This document shows, one piece after another, positions 1 through 9,174 of a stretch of 64,000 nucleotides of DNA. The DNA is taken from positions 1,216,001 through 1,280,000 of the forward strand of contig CAWETU010000001.1 of the NCBI GenBank assembly GCA_963812135.1, given 5' to 3'. Source of the stretch: Vulcanimicrobiota bacterium (GTDB lineage Bacteria > Vulcanimicrobiota > Vulcanimicrobiia > Eremiobacterales > Eremiobacteraceae). The notes beneath the pieces are model-generated. The model had not been told where the DNA came from and made no database searches. It saw nothing but the letters and a program-made list of their open reading frames with translations. Numbering within the stretch: the first letter of the stretch is position 1; each line of letters starts with the position of its first letter. Position numbers and translations under genes: made by a program.

Positions 1-2
1 CA

Positions 3-1001
3 CTGGCCCCCGGACCGCCCCCTCCCTCGATCCCCAACGGCTTGACCAGCACGAACGATCCGGCGGTGTGCACGTCGCACGGCGGCCTTGCCGCGGGTCT
101 CGCGTGCTCGGGTGGCTTCACCACGGGCATGCTGGCGCTTATCTGGAACAGTGGCGGCGGTTGCGCCAACTGCAGTTCGGGCTATCGCGTGTATCGCGTC
201 GACGGGGGGCAGCACGCGCTCGTCGTCACACAGAGCAACGGCAAGGATGTGACGGTCGCGCTCTTAGACAAGCCGAGCGATGGCTTCAACGGCAAGTGCT
301 ACGCGGTCAGGTCGTATGAGCTCTTTGCGGAATCCGGCGACAGCGCACCCTACTGCGTCAACGGCGCCGTGGACACGGCATTCGTGCGCAACTTCATCGT
401 ACAACCGAGCAACATTCGCCACGTGGAACACCACCACCATTTCGAAGGCTTTGCACCCGGATGCGGCTTGCCCGACTGGGGCACAGGTCCGACCACGACT
501 CTCTCCGTGGGCTTCCTCCACCGCTACTCGAGCGCCGGCCCATTCGCGTGCGATCAAGACACGTGGGTGGACCAGGTCGCGATCAGTTTCGCCGAGCTGG
601 GCAGCGCGGGCATTCTCTTGCGCAATCCAAAAGCAAGCGTCAAAAAAGCGATCCTCGCGTTCAACCGAGTAAGCAAAGGCAATGCCTCATGCCTGGCCGG
701 CGTGCACCTGCCGACAGGCGACTGGTCGAACGCGCAGGACCTCATCCCGAACAAGGATTACATCAGCGGCATCCCATGGAGCGGCGGCAACGACTGGACC
801 AACACGGTGAAGATCTCAGGCCTGATCTATAATATCGACGTCTCGTCCGCGATCAACAACTTCGCAAAGGGGATTTGGCCGGACCACGGATTTGTGCTCG
901 TCGGCGGCAACGAAGACACCAGCGGATTTCACGACAACAACGAGTGCGACTCCGTATTCGGCGATTTCTCGCTCGATCTTCAAGTCATCGTCCAACCATG
1001 A
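3..1001 (+). CDS. Secreted modular protein (Cys-containing FN3-like + DNRLRE-like C-terminal domain), 5'-truncated by window edge; paralogue of 9175..10575
   Basis: Frame is open from position 3 (LAPGPPPPSIPNGLTSTNDP...). Collinear with 9175..10575 (YRVDGGQH, PSDGFNGKCY, CLAGVHLPTGDWSNAQDLIP, GGNEDTSGFHDNN). Domain names are from motif resemblance. Confidence 0.8.
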   Translation: MAPGPPPPSIPNGLTSTNDPAVCTSHGGLAAGLACSGGFTTGMLALIWNSGGGCANCSSGYRVYRVDGGQHALVVTQSNGKDVTVALLDKPSDGFNGKCYAVRSYELFAESGDSAPYCVNGAVDTAFVRNFIVQPSNIRHVEHHHHFEGFAPGCGLPDWGTGPTTTLSVGFLHRYSSAGPFACDQDTWVDQVAISFAELGSAGILLRNPKASVKKAILAFNRVSKGNASCLAGVHLPTGDWSNAQDLIPNKDYISGIPWSGGNDWTNTVKISGLIYNIDVSSAINNFAKGIWPDHGFVLVGGNEDTSGFHDNNECDSVFGDFSLDLQVIVQP

Positions 1002-1035
1002 CACAGCTGGCGCTTGTCGCCAAAGGAGGTCTCCC

Positions 1036-1425
1036 ATGAGGAGCTCTAACGCGTTGCTATCGGTCGCGATATTCGCAGTGTTGACGGCCGTGTTCGCTCT
1101 CGGCCCGATCATCGCCGATCAAAACCAGGTCCGCGCTGATCAGCCTGGCGGAAACAACATTCACATGGTGTACACTCCACCGCCAGCTCCATCGACGGCG
1201 CAACTCCAGACTGAGATCGATAGCCTGACGAAGACTGTCAAAGATCTGCAGATCGCGTATGCATCGCATTGCCACAAGATGACCGGCCTTGCGTATGTAA
1301 GCCAGACGGTTCCGCCAGACATACGGCCCGGTACCAATACAACCCAATACTATTTCGTGGCCACGCTGTCAAGCGGCGCGGGTTCCTACGGCTGGCAGAA
1401 AACCGGCGGCCCGATCTCGTGTTGA
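1036..1425 (+). CDS. Small secreted protein: coiled coil followed by HxH...TGGP motif
   Basis: AAGGAGG RBS at 1023-1029, ATG at 1036; signal peptide; heptad LQTEIDSLTKTVKDLQIAY then SHCH and C-terminal KTGGPISC. Confidence 0.75.
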   Translation: MRSSNALLSVAIFAVLTAVFALGPIIADQNQVRADQPGGNNIHMVYTPPPAPSTAQLQTEIDSLTKTVKDLQIAYASHCHKMTGLAYVSQTVPPDIRPGTNTTQYYFVATLSSGAGSYGWQKTGGPISC

Positions 1426-1438
1426 GATTCCGTCTTGA

Positions 1439-1729
1439 CTAATGAGCGCCAGCGTGTGGGGCCAGACCGAATCGCTTGATGGCGCGTGCCTTCGCCCGTG
1501 CGGCCTCCTCGTTCCGACTCTTGGGCGGTGCGTTCGTTTCGAGCGTGCGAAGCAGACGGGTCGAGGCACGGGCTATCTCATCGACGGCAGCGTCGAACGC
1601 GGCTTCGTTCGCTTTGGACGGCTTGTTGAAACCGCTGATTTTTCTGACGAACTGAAGCGAAGCCGACCGAACGTCTTCGGCGCTCACCGGCGGCTCGAAG
1701 TTGAAGAGCGTCTTGATGTTTCTGCACAT
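1439..1729 (-). CDS. DUF2277 family protein
   Basis: MCRNIKTLFNFEPP...ASLQFVRKISGF..PSKANEAAF signature; GAGG RBS upstream. Confidence 0.85.
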   Translation of the reverse strand: MCRNIKTLFNFEPPVSAEDVRSASLQFVRKISGFNKPSKANEAAFDAAVDEIARASTRLLRTLETNAPPKSRNEEAARAKARAIKRFGLAPHAGAH

Positions 1730-1744
1730 TTCCAAATACCTCGG

Positions 1745-2488
1745 TTACTTGACCGGTTGAAGCGTCCCGTCCGACCACCTCTTTACGCCGACGACGAAGA
1801 CGCGCATCGGTGGCAGGCCGTGGGCTTGTGGGTTATCGTCGTCGTTCGGGAACCAATACGACGAAGATGCGATTGGTGACTTGGGCAGATCTGCACCCCA
1901 AATTTGGCCATTTGGGAATGTGTTATAAAACATGACGTGGGCCAGATTGTGGTGATCATCGTCGGTGAGGTACGCCGACTTCGACATCATGTAGCTCATC
2001 GCGCCGGGCGCAAGCGCGGGCAATTCCTTCTTCTGGAACGCCGCCTTAAGAGCAGCCATGATAGCGGCCTCGGAGTCGCCAGCTAATGTCATTTCCGTCT
2101 TCTTGTACACGATCGGCAAAAGGGACTGCGCGGCTGGTGCATTTAGGCAAACCGGACCCAAAAGTTTAGGATTCCACAGCTCTGGCCAGTCTATAGCGCT
2201 TGTCCACCCGCGATCCACCATGCAGACGAAGCCGTTCTTACCGTTGACGGCCGTTTCGTATCCGTGTCTTCCGAGCACGAGGACTGTCGCATCGCGGGAT
2301 ATGGCCTCAGGTGCTGCGCTTCGTGCCAATGCAATTTCAGCATTACGGTCCGGAATCAGATACTGTTCGACCGGCGCCATTTTTGGGTACCGCGGTTTTG
2401 CATCCTCAGCTCTCGCCGGCATCACGACGCTCAGGAGGGCGATTACGGCGAACGCTCCCAAAACTGTGGTTCTCTTGAAGCTTCTCAT
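1745..2488 (-). CDS. Conserved secreted hypothetical protein
   Basis: Signal peptide; EIALARSAAP...GKNGFVC...P.C.N...MSYMMSK motifs of an uncharacterised family; divergent from AraC. Confidence 0.8.
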   Translation of the reverse strand: MRSFKRTTVLGAFAVIALLSVVMPARAEDAKPRYPKMAPVEQYLIPDRNAEIALARSAAPEAISRDATVLVLGRHGYETAVNGKNGFVCMVDRGWTSAIDWPELWNPKLLGPVCLNAPAAQSLLPIVYKKTEMTLAGDSEAAIMAALKAAFQKKELPALAPGAMSYMMSKSAYLTDDDHHNLAHVMFYNTFPNGQIWGADLPKSPIASSSYWFPNDDDNPQAHGLPPMRVFVVGVKRWSDGTLQPVK

Positions 2489-2735
2489 GACTGCGACTTT
2501 TTGGAAGGCCCGGTCGTTGTCATCCTTCGATCGCGGGCACTGCCTGAATTTTGCTCCGATGCCCAGGTCCGCGTCGCTGGTGCACCGTCTGATCCTGTCA
2601 TCAATCGTCCGAATGTACCGAAAAGTTCGCTGCGCGTGCCGCCAACCTCCAGCCTACAAGAATGTCCCGTTGCGATGCAAGAAGAAACGAAGAACTTCAC
2701 GGCGCCTCAAGAGTCCCGAAACGAATCGTATCGAT

Positions 2736-3605
2736 ATGCAAGAACGCGCCTGGATGCAGCTCAACGAAGGGAAAATGCAGTTTTCTCTTCGACACACAAG
2801 CCACGAGAGGTTCTGGACCGGGTTCGAGGCAGCCCTCATCGAGACGTCGGGCGGTGTCAGCCAAGCCCGGTACAACAACGCACACGGCATATCCGTGCAG
2901 GTGGGAGCGCCGATTCGCACGACTGCTCGTTGCGACGGGGCCGTGACTCGACGGTTGCAGGTCCCGGGCAGCATCGATCTGATGCCGCTAGGCTTTTCCG
3001 GAGAGTGGCAGGACGAGGGCCCAACGGCCTTCTTGTGCATCCACCTTAGCCCATCGCTCGTGCAATCGACGGCAGAGGCAATGGACGTGAATCCCGATCG
3101 CGTCTCGCTGCTGCCGCTGCTGCAGTTCATGGATCCGCAGATCGAGCACATCGGCTGGGCGCTCAAAGCCGAGTTGGAGACCCCCGAGCCCTCAGGTCGT
3201 CTCTACGCCGATGGTCTGGGACTGGCGCTGGCCGCGCACTTGCTGCGGCAGCACGCGCCGCTCGTGCCCCGCGTCACCAAAGGCTTACCGAAACGCCGGC
3301 TGCAACTCGTGATGGATTACATCCGCGACCACCTGGCGCAGGACCTCAGACTCGTCCAGCTCGCGGAAGTTGCAAGCGTTAGCCCGTCGCATTTCAAGTG
3401 TTTGTTCAAGCAATCCGTCGGCGTGCCCGTTCATCAGTACGTGCTCCGAAGCCGCGTGGACTATGCGGTCGACCTACTGGTGAAGAGCAAGCTTCCACTG
3501 AGCGATGTGGCGCTCCAGGCCGGTTTTGCAAACCAGAGCCACATGGCCCGCTGCGTGCGGCGCGCCACGGGACTGACTCCGAGCACTCTGCGCAACTTGA
3601 TCTAA
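2736..3605 (+). CDS. AraC family transcriptional regulator
   Basis: C-terminal AraC double HTH (LAEVASVSPSHF...FKQSVG...VALQAGFANQSHM); start set by alignment with paralogue 19518..20417. Confidence 0.9.
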   Translation: MQERAWMQLNEGKMQFSLRHTSHERFWTGFEAALIETSGGVSQARYNNAHGISVQVGAPIRTTARCDGAVTRRLQVPGSIDLMPLGFSGEWQDEGPTAFLCIHLSPSLVQSTAEAMDVNPDRVSLLPLLQFMDPQIEHIGWALKAELETPEPSGRLYADGLGLALAAHLLRQHAPLVPRVTKGLPKRRLQLVMDYIRDHLAQDLRLVQLAEVASVSPSHFKCLFKQSVGVPVHQYVLRSRVDYAVDLLVKSKLPLSDVALQAGFANQSHMARCVRRATGLTPSTLRNLI

Positions 3606-3819
3606 CGACCCGTCCGCCTTAAAAACGCCATTCCGTCCGTTCGTGTGCTAGACCGCCCAAACGTGAGCGACGACGGCGCCACATGCTGGTTACGCTTTCA
3701 CTTGCTGGGACGCACGGGTCTGCTTACGCCCGTGTGCGACCCGGGCTCCCAGTGTCCGTCGATCTTCGCTGGTCGGCGGACTTCATCGCTACGGGCTCTT
3801 CGAGAAGGAATGAGAGACC

Positions 3820-6800
3820 ATGAAAGGCTTGCTCAGATACGCCTTCTTGACGATCGCGGTGCTGCTTGCACAGGTAACGTGGACACTGGCAGGCGTCACC
3901 GGATCGTTGAACGGCACAGTTCTGCAGCAGCAAACGCACGCGCCGGTCGCGCAAGCGAAGGTGACGGCGTCCTCTGCTAGCCAGACAACAAGCACAACGA
4001 CCGACAATGGTGGTCACTTCGGTTTCGTCTCCTTGATCCCCGACACGTACACCGTGACGGTGGATAAAGAAAACGTCATCGAGACGTTCGTGCAGCGCGG
4101 CGTGACCGTGCTCGCGGACCAGGTCCAAAACCTCACCATCATCGCACATCCAGCGATCAAGACGCTAGCCACGGTGACGACACGCGGGTCGGCCGATCTC
4201 GTCAAACCCGGCACGACCGCGAACGTGTACTCGGTCAACGCTGCCGCGCAGGCGCGCAGCGCAGTGCTCGGCGGCGGCGGCGGCGCCAACCAAGGCTACT
4301 CCGCCATCGCAGCGCTCCCGGGCGCGTACGTTCCACCAGGCCAATCGGGCTGGTTCCAAGTCGTCAACATCCGCGGCGGCGACTACGACCAGGTCGGCTA
4401 CGAGTTCGACGGCGTACCGGTGAACCGGTCGTTCGACAATTACGCGTCGAGCAATCTGTCCGCCATCGGCCAGCAAGAGCTGCAACTGTACACCGGCGCG
4501 GCGCCTGCCACAGCCGAGGGTCAGGGCTTGGCGGGCTACATCAACCAGGTCATCAAGAGCGGCACGTATCCCGGCTATGGCAACGTCGACCTCGGGATCG
4601 GCGGCCCCAACCTGTACAACAAAGCGAGCATCGAATTCGCCGGCGCGACCCCCAACCGGAACTTCTCCTACTACGTCGGCGTTGGCCTCGCCAACCAAAG
4701 CCCGCGCTTATACGACGAGAACAACGGCGCTAGCCAGAACTCGACCTACGGGCTGGTGTATGACATGGCACCGTCGGCGACCGTCGGCGGGACCTGCGCC
4801 ACCGACGCCATGCCTTCGAACTACGTGAAGTGCTACGCCAACACCGCGAACTCGATTCTCGGCCAGCCTGTCGGGCCGGGCGGCTACTACCTCGGTTCGA
4901 TGAACATCCTCACGCCGAAGAATGTGCAAGACCATGAAAACGTCTTCAACTTCCACTTCGGGATCCCGCACAAGAACGACACCGGCAAAGACGACATCCA
5001 ACTTTTGTACGACACGTTCCAGGTATACACGAATTTCTACAACAACCCCAACGATTGGGGCGGCGGCGCCAGCTTCTTCTCGCACAACCCTGGAACGGTC
5101 GAGGGGCCGGGCCAGCCGTTGTTCTTCTCGGGCGCACAATACATGACACCTGTCGGCACGCTATTCACGTCGGCTGCGCCCGGCGAGGTCAACAACGTCG
5201 TGCCCTACGCCTACCCGAACCAAGGAAACGCGTTCCTGAACAACTCGTTCACCGGCTTGGCCATCCCGGGCAACAGTTACGAAGGGTACAGCAACGGACT
5301 GTCCATCTACAAACTCCAGTATCAGCACAACATCGGGACCTCGTCGTACCTGCGCGTGTACGGATACATCGACTACTCGTGGTGGTTCATCCAGGACCCG
5401 ATGGGGGCCTATAATCTGGACTTCTCCCTCGCCCCCGACTACGAGCTGTCGACGCATACGCGCGGCGCGTCGGTCAACTACGTCAATCAGCTCTCGCCCA
5501 AGAACCTGCTCAACATCGAAGGCACGTATTCGACAGCGAGCACGGTGCGCGACAACAACACGCAGATGTTCGACACGCTGTCCGGCGCGCGCGGCGACGC
5601 GGCACAGCTCGTCAGCGCCGCGAATCCGACGATCGGCATCTGCTACAACGTGGCGAATCCCGGCGTGCCGGCATCGTGCCTCAAGGCGAGCACCGTCGGC
5701 GGAACCGCTCCGGCGGGTTTGCTGGGTGGCAACTACCTCTCGCTTGGCAACCTCACGTGCGGTGGCAACTGTCTCGGATCGATCGGCAATTTCTTCGGTC
5801 CGGGTGTGGGCATACCGGCCCCAAGCGCCACAGCGTGTGGCGGACCCTGTGCGTGGTACGTGTCCGAGAACGGTCCATATGCAACGTTCAACACGGTCAC
5901 GCCGCGCTTCTGGGGTGCTTCAGTACAAGACACCTGGAAGCCGAACGATCGCCTGAACTTCAACATCGGCCTGCGAGATGACATCTACACCTTCGTCTAC
6001 ACGCCGACGGGTACAGGAACGCGTCCGTATTGGTTCAACGCTTGGAACGCGGTGTCGTGCGTCAATCCGCTCTTCAACGGTGGTAATCCGATCGACGAGA
6101 CGGCGCCGGGCGGAGGGCTGGTTCCTCAGCAAGCCGGCACGCCGTGTTCTGCGCTCGGCGCCGGGTTCACGCAGGCGACGCTGACCGATACGACGGCCAA
6201 CGGCGGCCAGATCACCTACAACGAACTCGAGCCGCGGTTCGGCGGAACGTACACGTTCAGCATCAACGACGTGCTGCGCTTCTCGGCGGGTCGCTACTCC
6301 GAGCCAGCCAACGCGGCGTTCCAGCAGTACGACAGCTTGGACCAAGACCTGCCCGAGCATCTGCTCGGTTCGCTGTTCTACAAGTACGGGTTCACGTCGC
6401 CCGACCATATCGTCAGCCCGTCGATTTCGTACAACTACGACCTCTCGTGGGAGCACCAGTTCGCCAACTCGCAGACGTCGTTCGTGCTGACGCCGTTCTT
6501 GCGCAAGACGAACAACCAGGTGCAGCAGATCTACATCAGCCCGCAGACGGCGTTTGTCTCCGGCCTGAACGTCGGCAACGAGACGAACCTCGGGCTCGAG
6601 TTCTTGGCAAACATGGGCAACTTCAACAACAACGGCTTCGCGGGTCAGGTGGCGTACACGTATACGCATAGCTACATTACCTACAACCCGCTGCCGACCG
6701 GACAGTCCGTGTTGGGGCAGGACAACATCGACATCCAGCACTACAACTCGTTCACCTCGGCGTGCGTCGGTGCGGTGGCGTCCTCCAGCCCCACAAGCCT

Positions 6801-7563
6801 GTGCGGCACGGATGGCGGCAACAATGCGATAGCGACCGAAGCGGGCGGCGTCGCGAATCCATACTTCAACGCGCCGGCACAAGGGTTGCTGAGCTCGACC
6901 GCACAGTACGCGCCGTACAGCATCGTTCCCGTCGGCGTGCAGCTGTCGTCGCTCAGCTACGTGGTGCCGCACGTCGCGACGCTTATCGTCCAGTACAAGA
7001 AGGACAAGTGGGCGTTCACTCCGTCCTTCCAGTTCCACGGCGGACAGAAGTACGGCGCGCCCGAGACGACGTATGGCTTCGATCCCAGCACCTGCACGGG
7101 TATCGCGGCCAGCTCGCCGACGGGCGATCCGCGCTATCCGTACGGCGGCAGCGGCTTAGCTGCTGACGCACCGACGTGCACGGGCAGTCTCGTCATGCCC
7201 GATCCGTACACCGGCAAATTCGATCAACCCGGTGCATTCACTGAACCGAACCAGTACAGCTTGCACATGGGCATCTCGTATGCCGCAACGCCTCGGGTCT
7301 CGTACCAGCTCAACCTGGCGAACATCGTCAACTACTGCAGCGGCGGATCTAAGGAGCCCTGGATCTTGAACGACAACCACTGGTGCTTGTATAGCAACAG
7401 TGCCGGGTTCTTCCCGCCGGTGGGCAACTTCTACAATCCTGGGAATACGATCCAACCGCAGTTCAAGTATCCCTACTTCGTCAACGCGACCGGCGACAAC
7501 GGCGCAACCTATGGCGTGGTCGTTCCGTTCAACGCCACCTTCAACGTCCAGATCAAGATGTGA
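3820..7563 (+). CDS. TonB-dependent receptor-like outer membrane protein with N-terminal carboxypeptidase-regulatory-like domain
   Basis: Signal peptide; G.L.GTV...PVA.AKVTA...TTD..G.F.F..L.PDTY domain; plug motifs IRGG..DQVGYEFDGVPVN and GYINQVIKSGT; barrel motif QDTWKPNDRLNFNIGLR. Confidence 0.85.
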   Translation: MKGLLRYAFLTIAVLLAQVTWTLAGVTGSLNGTVLQQQTHAPVAQAKVTASSASQTTSTTTDNGGHFGFVSLIPDTYTVTVDKENVIETFVQRGVTVLADQVQNLTIIAHPAIKTLATVTTRGSADLVKPGTTANVYSVNAAAQARSAVLGGGGGANQGYSAIAALPGAYVPPGQSGWFQVVNIRGGDYDQVGYEFDGVPVNRSFDNYASSNLSAIGQQELQLYTGAAPATAEGQGLAGYINQVIKSGTYPGYGNVDLGIGGPNLYNKASIEFAGATPNRNFSYYVGVGLANQSPRLYDENNGASQNSTYGLVYDMAPSATVGGTCATDAMPSNYVKCYANTANSILGQPVGPGGYYLGSMNILTPKNVQDHENVFNFHFGIPHKNDTGKDDIQLLYDTFQVYTNFYNNPNDWGGGASFFSHNPGTVEGPGQPLFFSGAQYMTPVGTLFTSAAPGEVNNVVPYAYPNQGNAFLNNSFTGLAIPGNSYEGYSNGLSIYKLQYQHNIGTSSYLRVYGYIDYSWWFIQDPMGAYNLDFSLAPDYELSTHTRGASVNYVNQLSPKNLLNIEGTYSTASTVRDNNTQMFDTLSGARGDAAQLVSAANPTIGICYNVANPGVPASCLKASTVGGTAPAGLLGGNYLSLGNLTCGGNCLGSIGNFFGPGVGIPAPSATACGGPCAWYVSENGPYATFNTVTPRFWGASVQDTWKPNDRLNFNIGLRDDIYTFVYTPTGTGTRPYWFNAWNAVSCVNPLFNGGNPIDETAPGGGLVPQQAGTPCSALGAGFTQATLTDTTANGGQITYNELEPRFGGTYTFSINDVLRFSAGRYSEPANAAFQQYDSLDQDLPEHLLGSLFYKYGFTSPDHIVSPSISYNYDLSWEHQFANSQTSFVLTPFLRKTNNQVQQIYISPQTAFVSGLNVGNETNLGLEFLANMGNFNNNGFAGQVAYTYTHSYITYNPLPTGQSVLGQDNIDIQHYNSFTSACVGAVASSSPTSLCGTDGGNNAIATEAGGVANPYFNAPAQGLLSSTAQYAPYSIVPVGVQLSSLSYVVPHVATLIVQYKKDKWAFTPSFQFHGGQKYGAPETTYGFDPSTCTGIAASSPTGDPRYPYGGSGLAADAPTCTGSLVMPDPYTGKFDQPGAFTEPNQYSLHMGISYAATPRVSYQLNLANIVNYCSGGSKEPWILNDNHWCLYSNSAGFFPPVGNFYNPGNTIQPQFKYPYFVNATGDNGATYGVVVPFNATFNVQIKM

Positions 7564-7587
7564 CGCGTCGCTGATCTGAACGTCCAC

Positions 7588-7622
7588 GAGGCCGGCGGCT
7601 CAGATGCCGCCGGCCTCTTTTT
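7588..7622 (+). terminator. Intrinsic terminator between convergent genes
   Basis: 12-bp perfect stem GAGGCCGGCGGC/GCCGCCGGCCTC, 6-nt loop, TTTTT tail. Confidence 0.85.
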
Positions 7623-8977
7623 CATGAATGCACGACGGTCAGCGTGGCGGCGCCGAGCTCGGTACGGCACTCGGTCGACTCCGCGACAAGATTCTCGTTG
7701 CTGCCGCGCAACACGAACCCGTAATTGGGCATGCCGCCGGCCACCCAGGCTCGGACGATGCTGGTGACGTCCAGGCCTCCTGCCAGCGACCCGCCCGGCG
7801 CGAGGAAATTGCCGCCGATGTACGTGTTTGGGACTTGCGTCCAATCGGTGTCTGCCGCTGCGAGCGCGGAGAAGCAGTTGAGGCTGCCACCGATCGGTAT
7901 CACCGTGAGCGTCGCGCTCGCGATGTAGTGACCTTGGATGGAGTTCAAACCGTCGAAACGATAGTAGGCGCGGACATTGTCGGCGTACCACCAGATCGGA
8001 ATGATGTTCGGTGCGATGATCGACGACTGGTCGTGGTGCCATCCGACGCACATCGCAGTGTTGCAATCGGCGCGGAATGGCACGCCGCCGTATTGGCTGG
8101 CTTCGCTTCGTATGGTTGAGGCGGTCGGCTGGTACGAATCGGTGACGTTGCCGACGGTGCCGTTGCCCAGACACACCACATTGCTTCGGCCCGATTCCCG
8201 CTTGTCGCTCATCACCGCAGTGACGGCATAGCACTGATTCGCGAACCCGCCTGGCGGCGGGCTCACGGAGCCTGCGGTAGGAAGATTACCGCCGTTGTCG
8301 GGATTGACGTTATCAACAACGACGTGCTTGCCGTTGTCGACCTCATAGACGTTGAAAGCTTTGATGTTCTGCGACGTCGATGCGGGGTTGCAGCCGGCGG
8401 GCTGCCAGCACCAAACCAACACCAGATATCCGTTCGACATCGCGATCGGGCAGCCAAAACCGAAGCCGTGCGCGCCGCACTCTTGTTCGTTGGTGGTCTG
8501 CTTCACGTTCGTCGGCGCGTTCGGCGGTGCGAGTTGGTAGACCAGGGGATTGTTGAACTTGAAGCCGGGTGACGGCGACGGCGTCGGCGGCGCAACGCAG
8601 GTGACCGAAAAGTTCAGCTTGGTCGAATATTGGTCGGGCTGAAAGGTGCTGATCTTTTGCACGATGAGCTGGTCCTGGGAGCTGCTGCTCGACGACGTGA
8701 ACGTCATGCTGTCGCTAATCGTGGGGATCGAGCCGCTCCCCGCGCCGGTCGAAAAGAGATTCGGCTGCTGCACGCCGTTGGGGAAGTGGATGAAGCCATA
8801 CGTGTAGCTGGTGTTGACTGAAGCGGTGATCGACCCGGTGAACGTGATGGTCACCGGGCACGGACCCACGTAGCTCGTGTTCTTCGTCGTGATGGTCACC
8901 ATCGTGACGTTTGCGAACGCCGGGCCCGCGACGATCAATGCAACAATGGAAGCACAGATGCTGACGAGAAACCGCAT
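7622..8977 (-). CDS. Secreted modular protein (Ig-like + FN3-like + DNRLRE-like), divergent family member
   Basis: Signal peptide; Y.GPCPVTITFTGSI module; PNAPTN...C..HG.G.GC module; LDVTSIVRAWVAGGMPNYGFVLRG C-terminus; GGAGG RBS. Confidence 0.8.
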   Translation of the reverse strand: MRFLVSICASIVALIVAGPAFANVTMVTITTKNTSYVGPCPVTITFTGSITASVNTSYTYGFIHFPNGVQQPNLFSTGAGSGSIPTISDSMTFTSSSSSSQDQLIVQKISTFQPDQYSTKLNFSVTCVAPPTPSPSPGFKFNNPLVYQLAPPNAPTNVKQTTNEQECGAHGFGFGCPIAMSNGYLVLVWCWQPAGCNPASTSQNIKAFNVYEVDNGKHVVVDNVNPDNGGNLPTAGSVSPPPGGFANQCYAVTAVMSDKRESGRSNVVCLGNGTVGNVTDSYQPTASTIRSEASQYGGVPFRADCNTAMCVGWHHDQSSIIAPNIIPIWWYADNVRAYYRFDGLNSIQGHYIASATLTVIPIGGSLNCFSALAAADTDWTQVPNTYIGGNFLAPGGSLAGGLDVTSIVRAWVAGGMPNYGFVLRGSNENLVAESTECRTELGAATLTVVHS

Positions 8978-9174
8978 GGCGACGATCCTCCTGCTTAGTT
9001 GTCAAGGGAACGCACCGTCGGACGATTTTGTTCCTCTTGGTCCCCAAACAAAACGCCTCCTATTGAGATCGAGACGAAGGTTTCCGCAACGCGGTAATGC
9101 ACAAGCGTAACAGAATCGGCTGAAATGGAGTTATAGGGTTTGATACATCCATTTGCTATACGGGGGCATTTGAC

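Noticed and set aside
2058..2735. 515-aa AraC with long N-terminal extension
   Set aside because: The extension is antisense to 1745..2488; the paralogue supports a start at 2736
9103..9112. TGTTACGCTT (reverse) and GGTTACGCTT at 3688 as further SARP sites
   Set aside because: They match only the -10 part; the 11-bp-spaced repeats are absent
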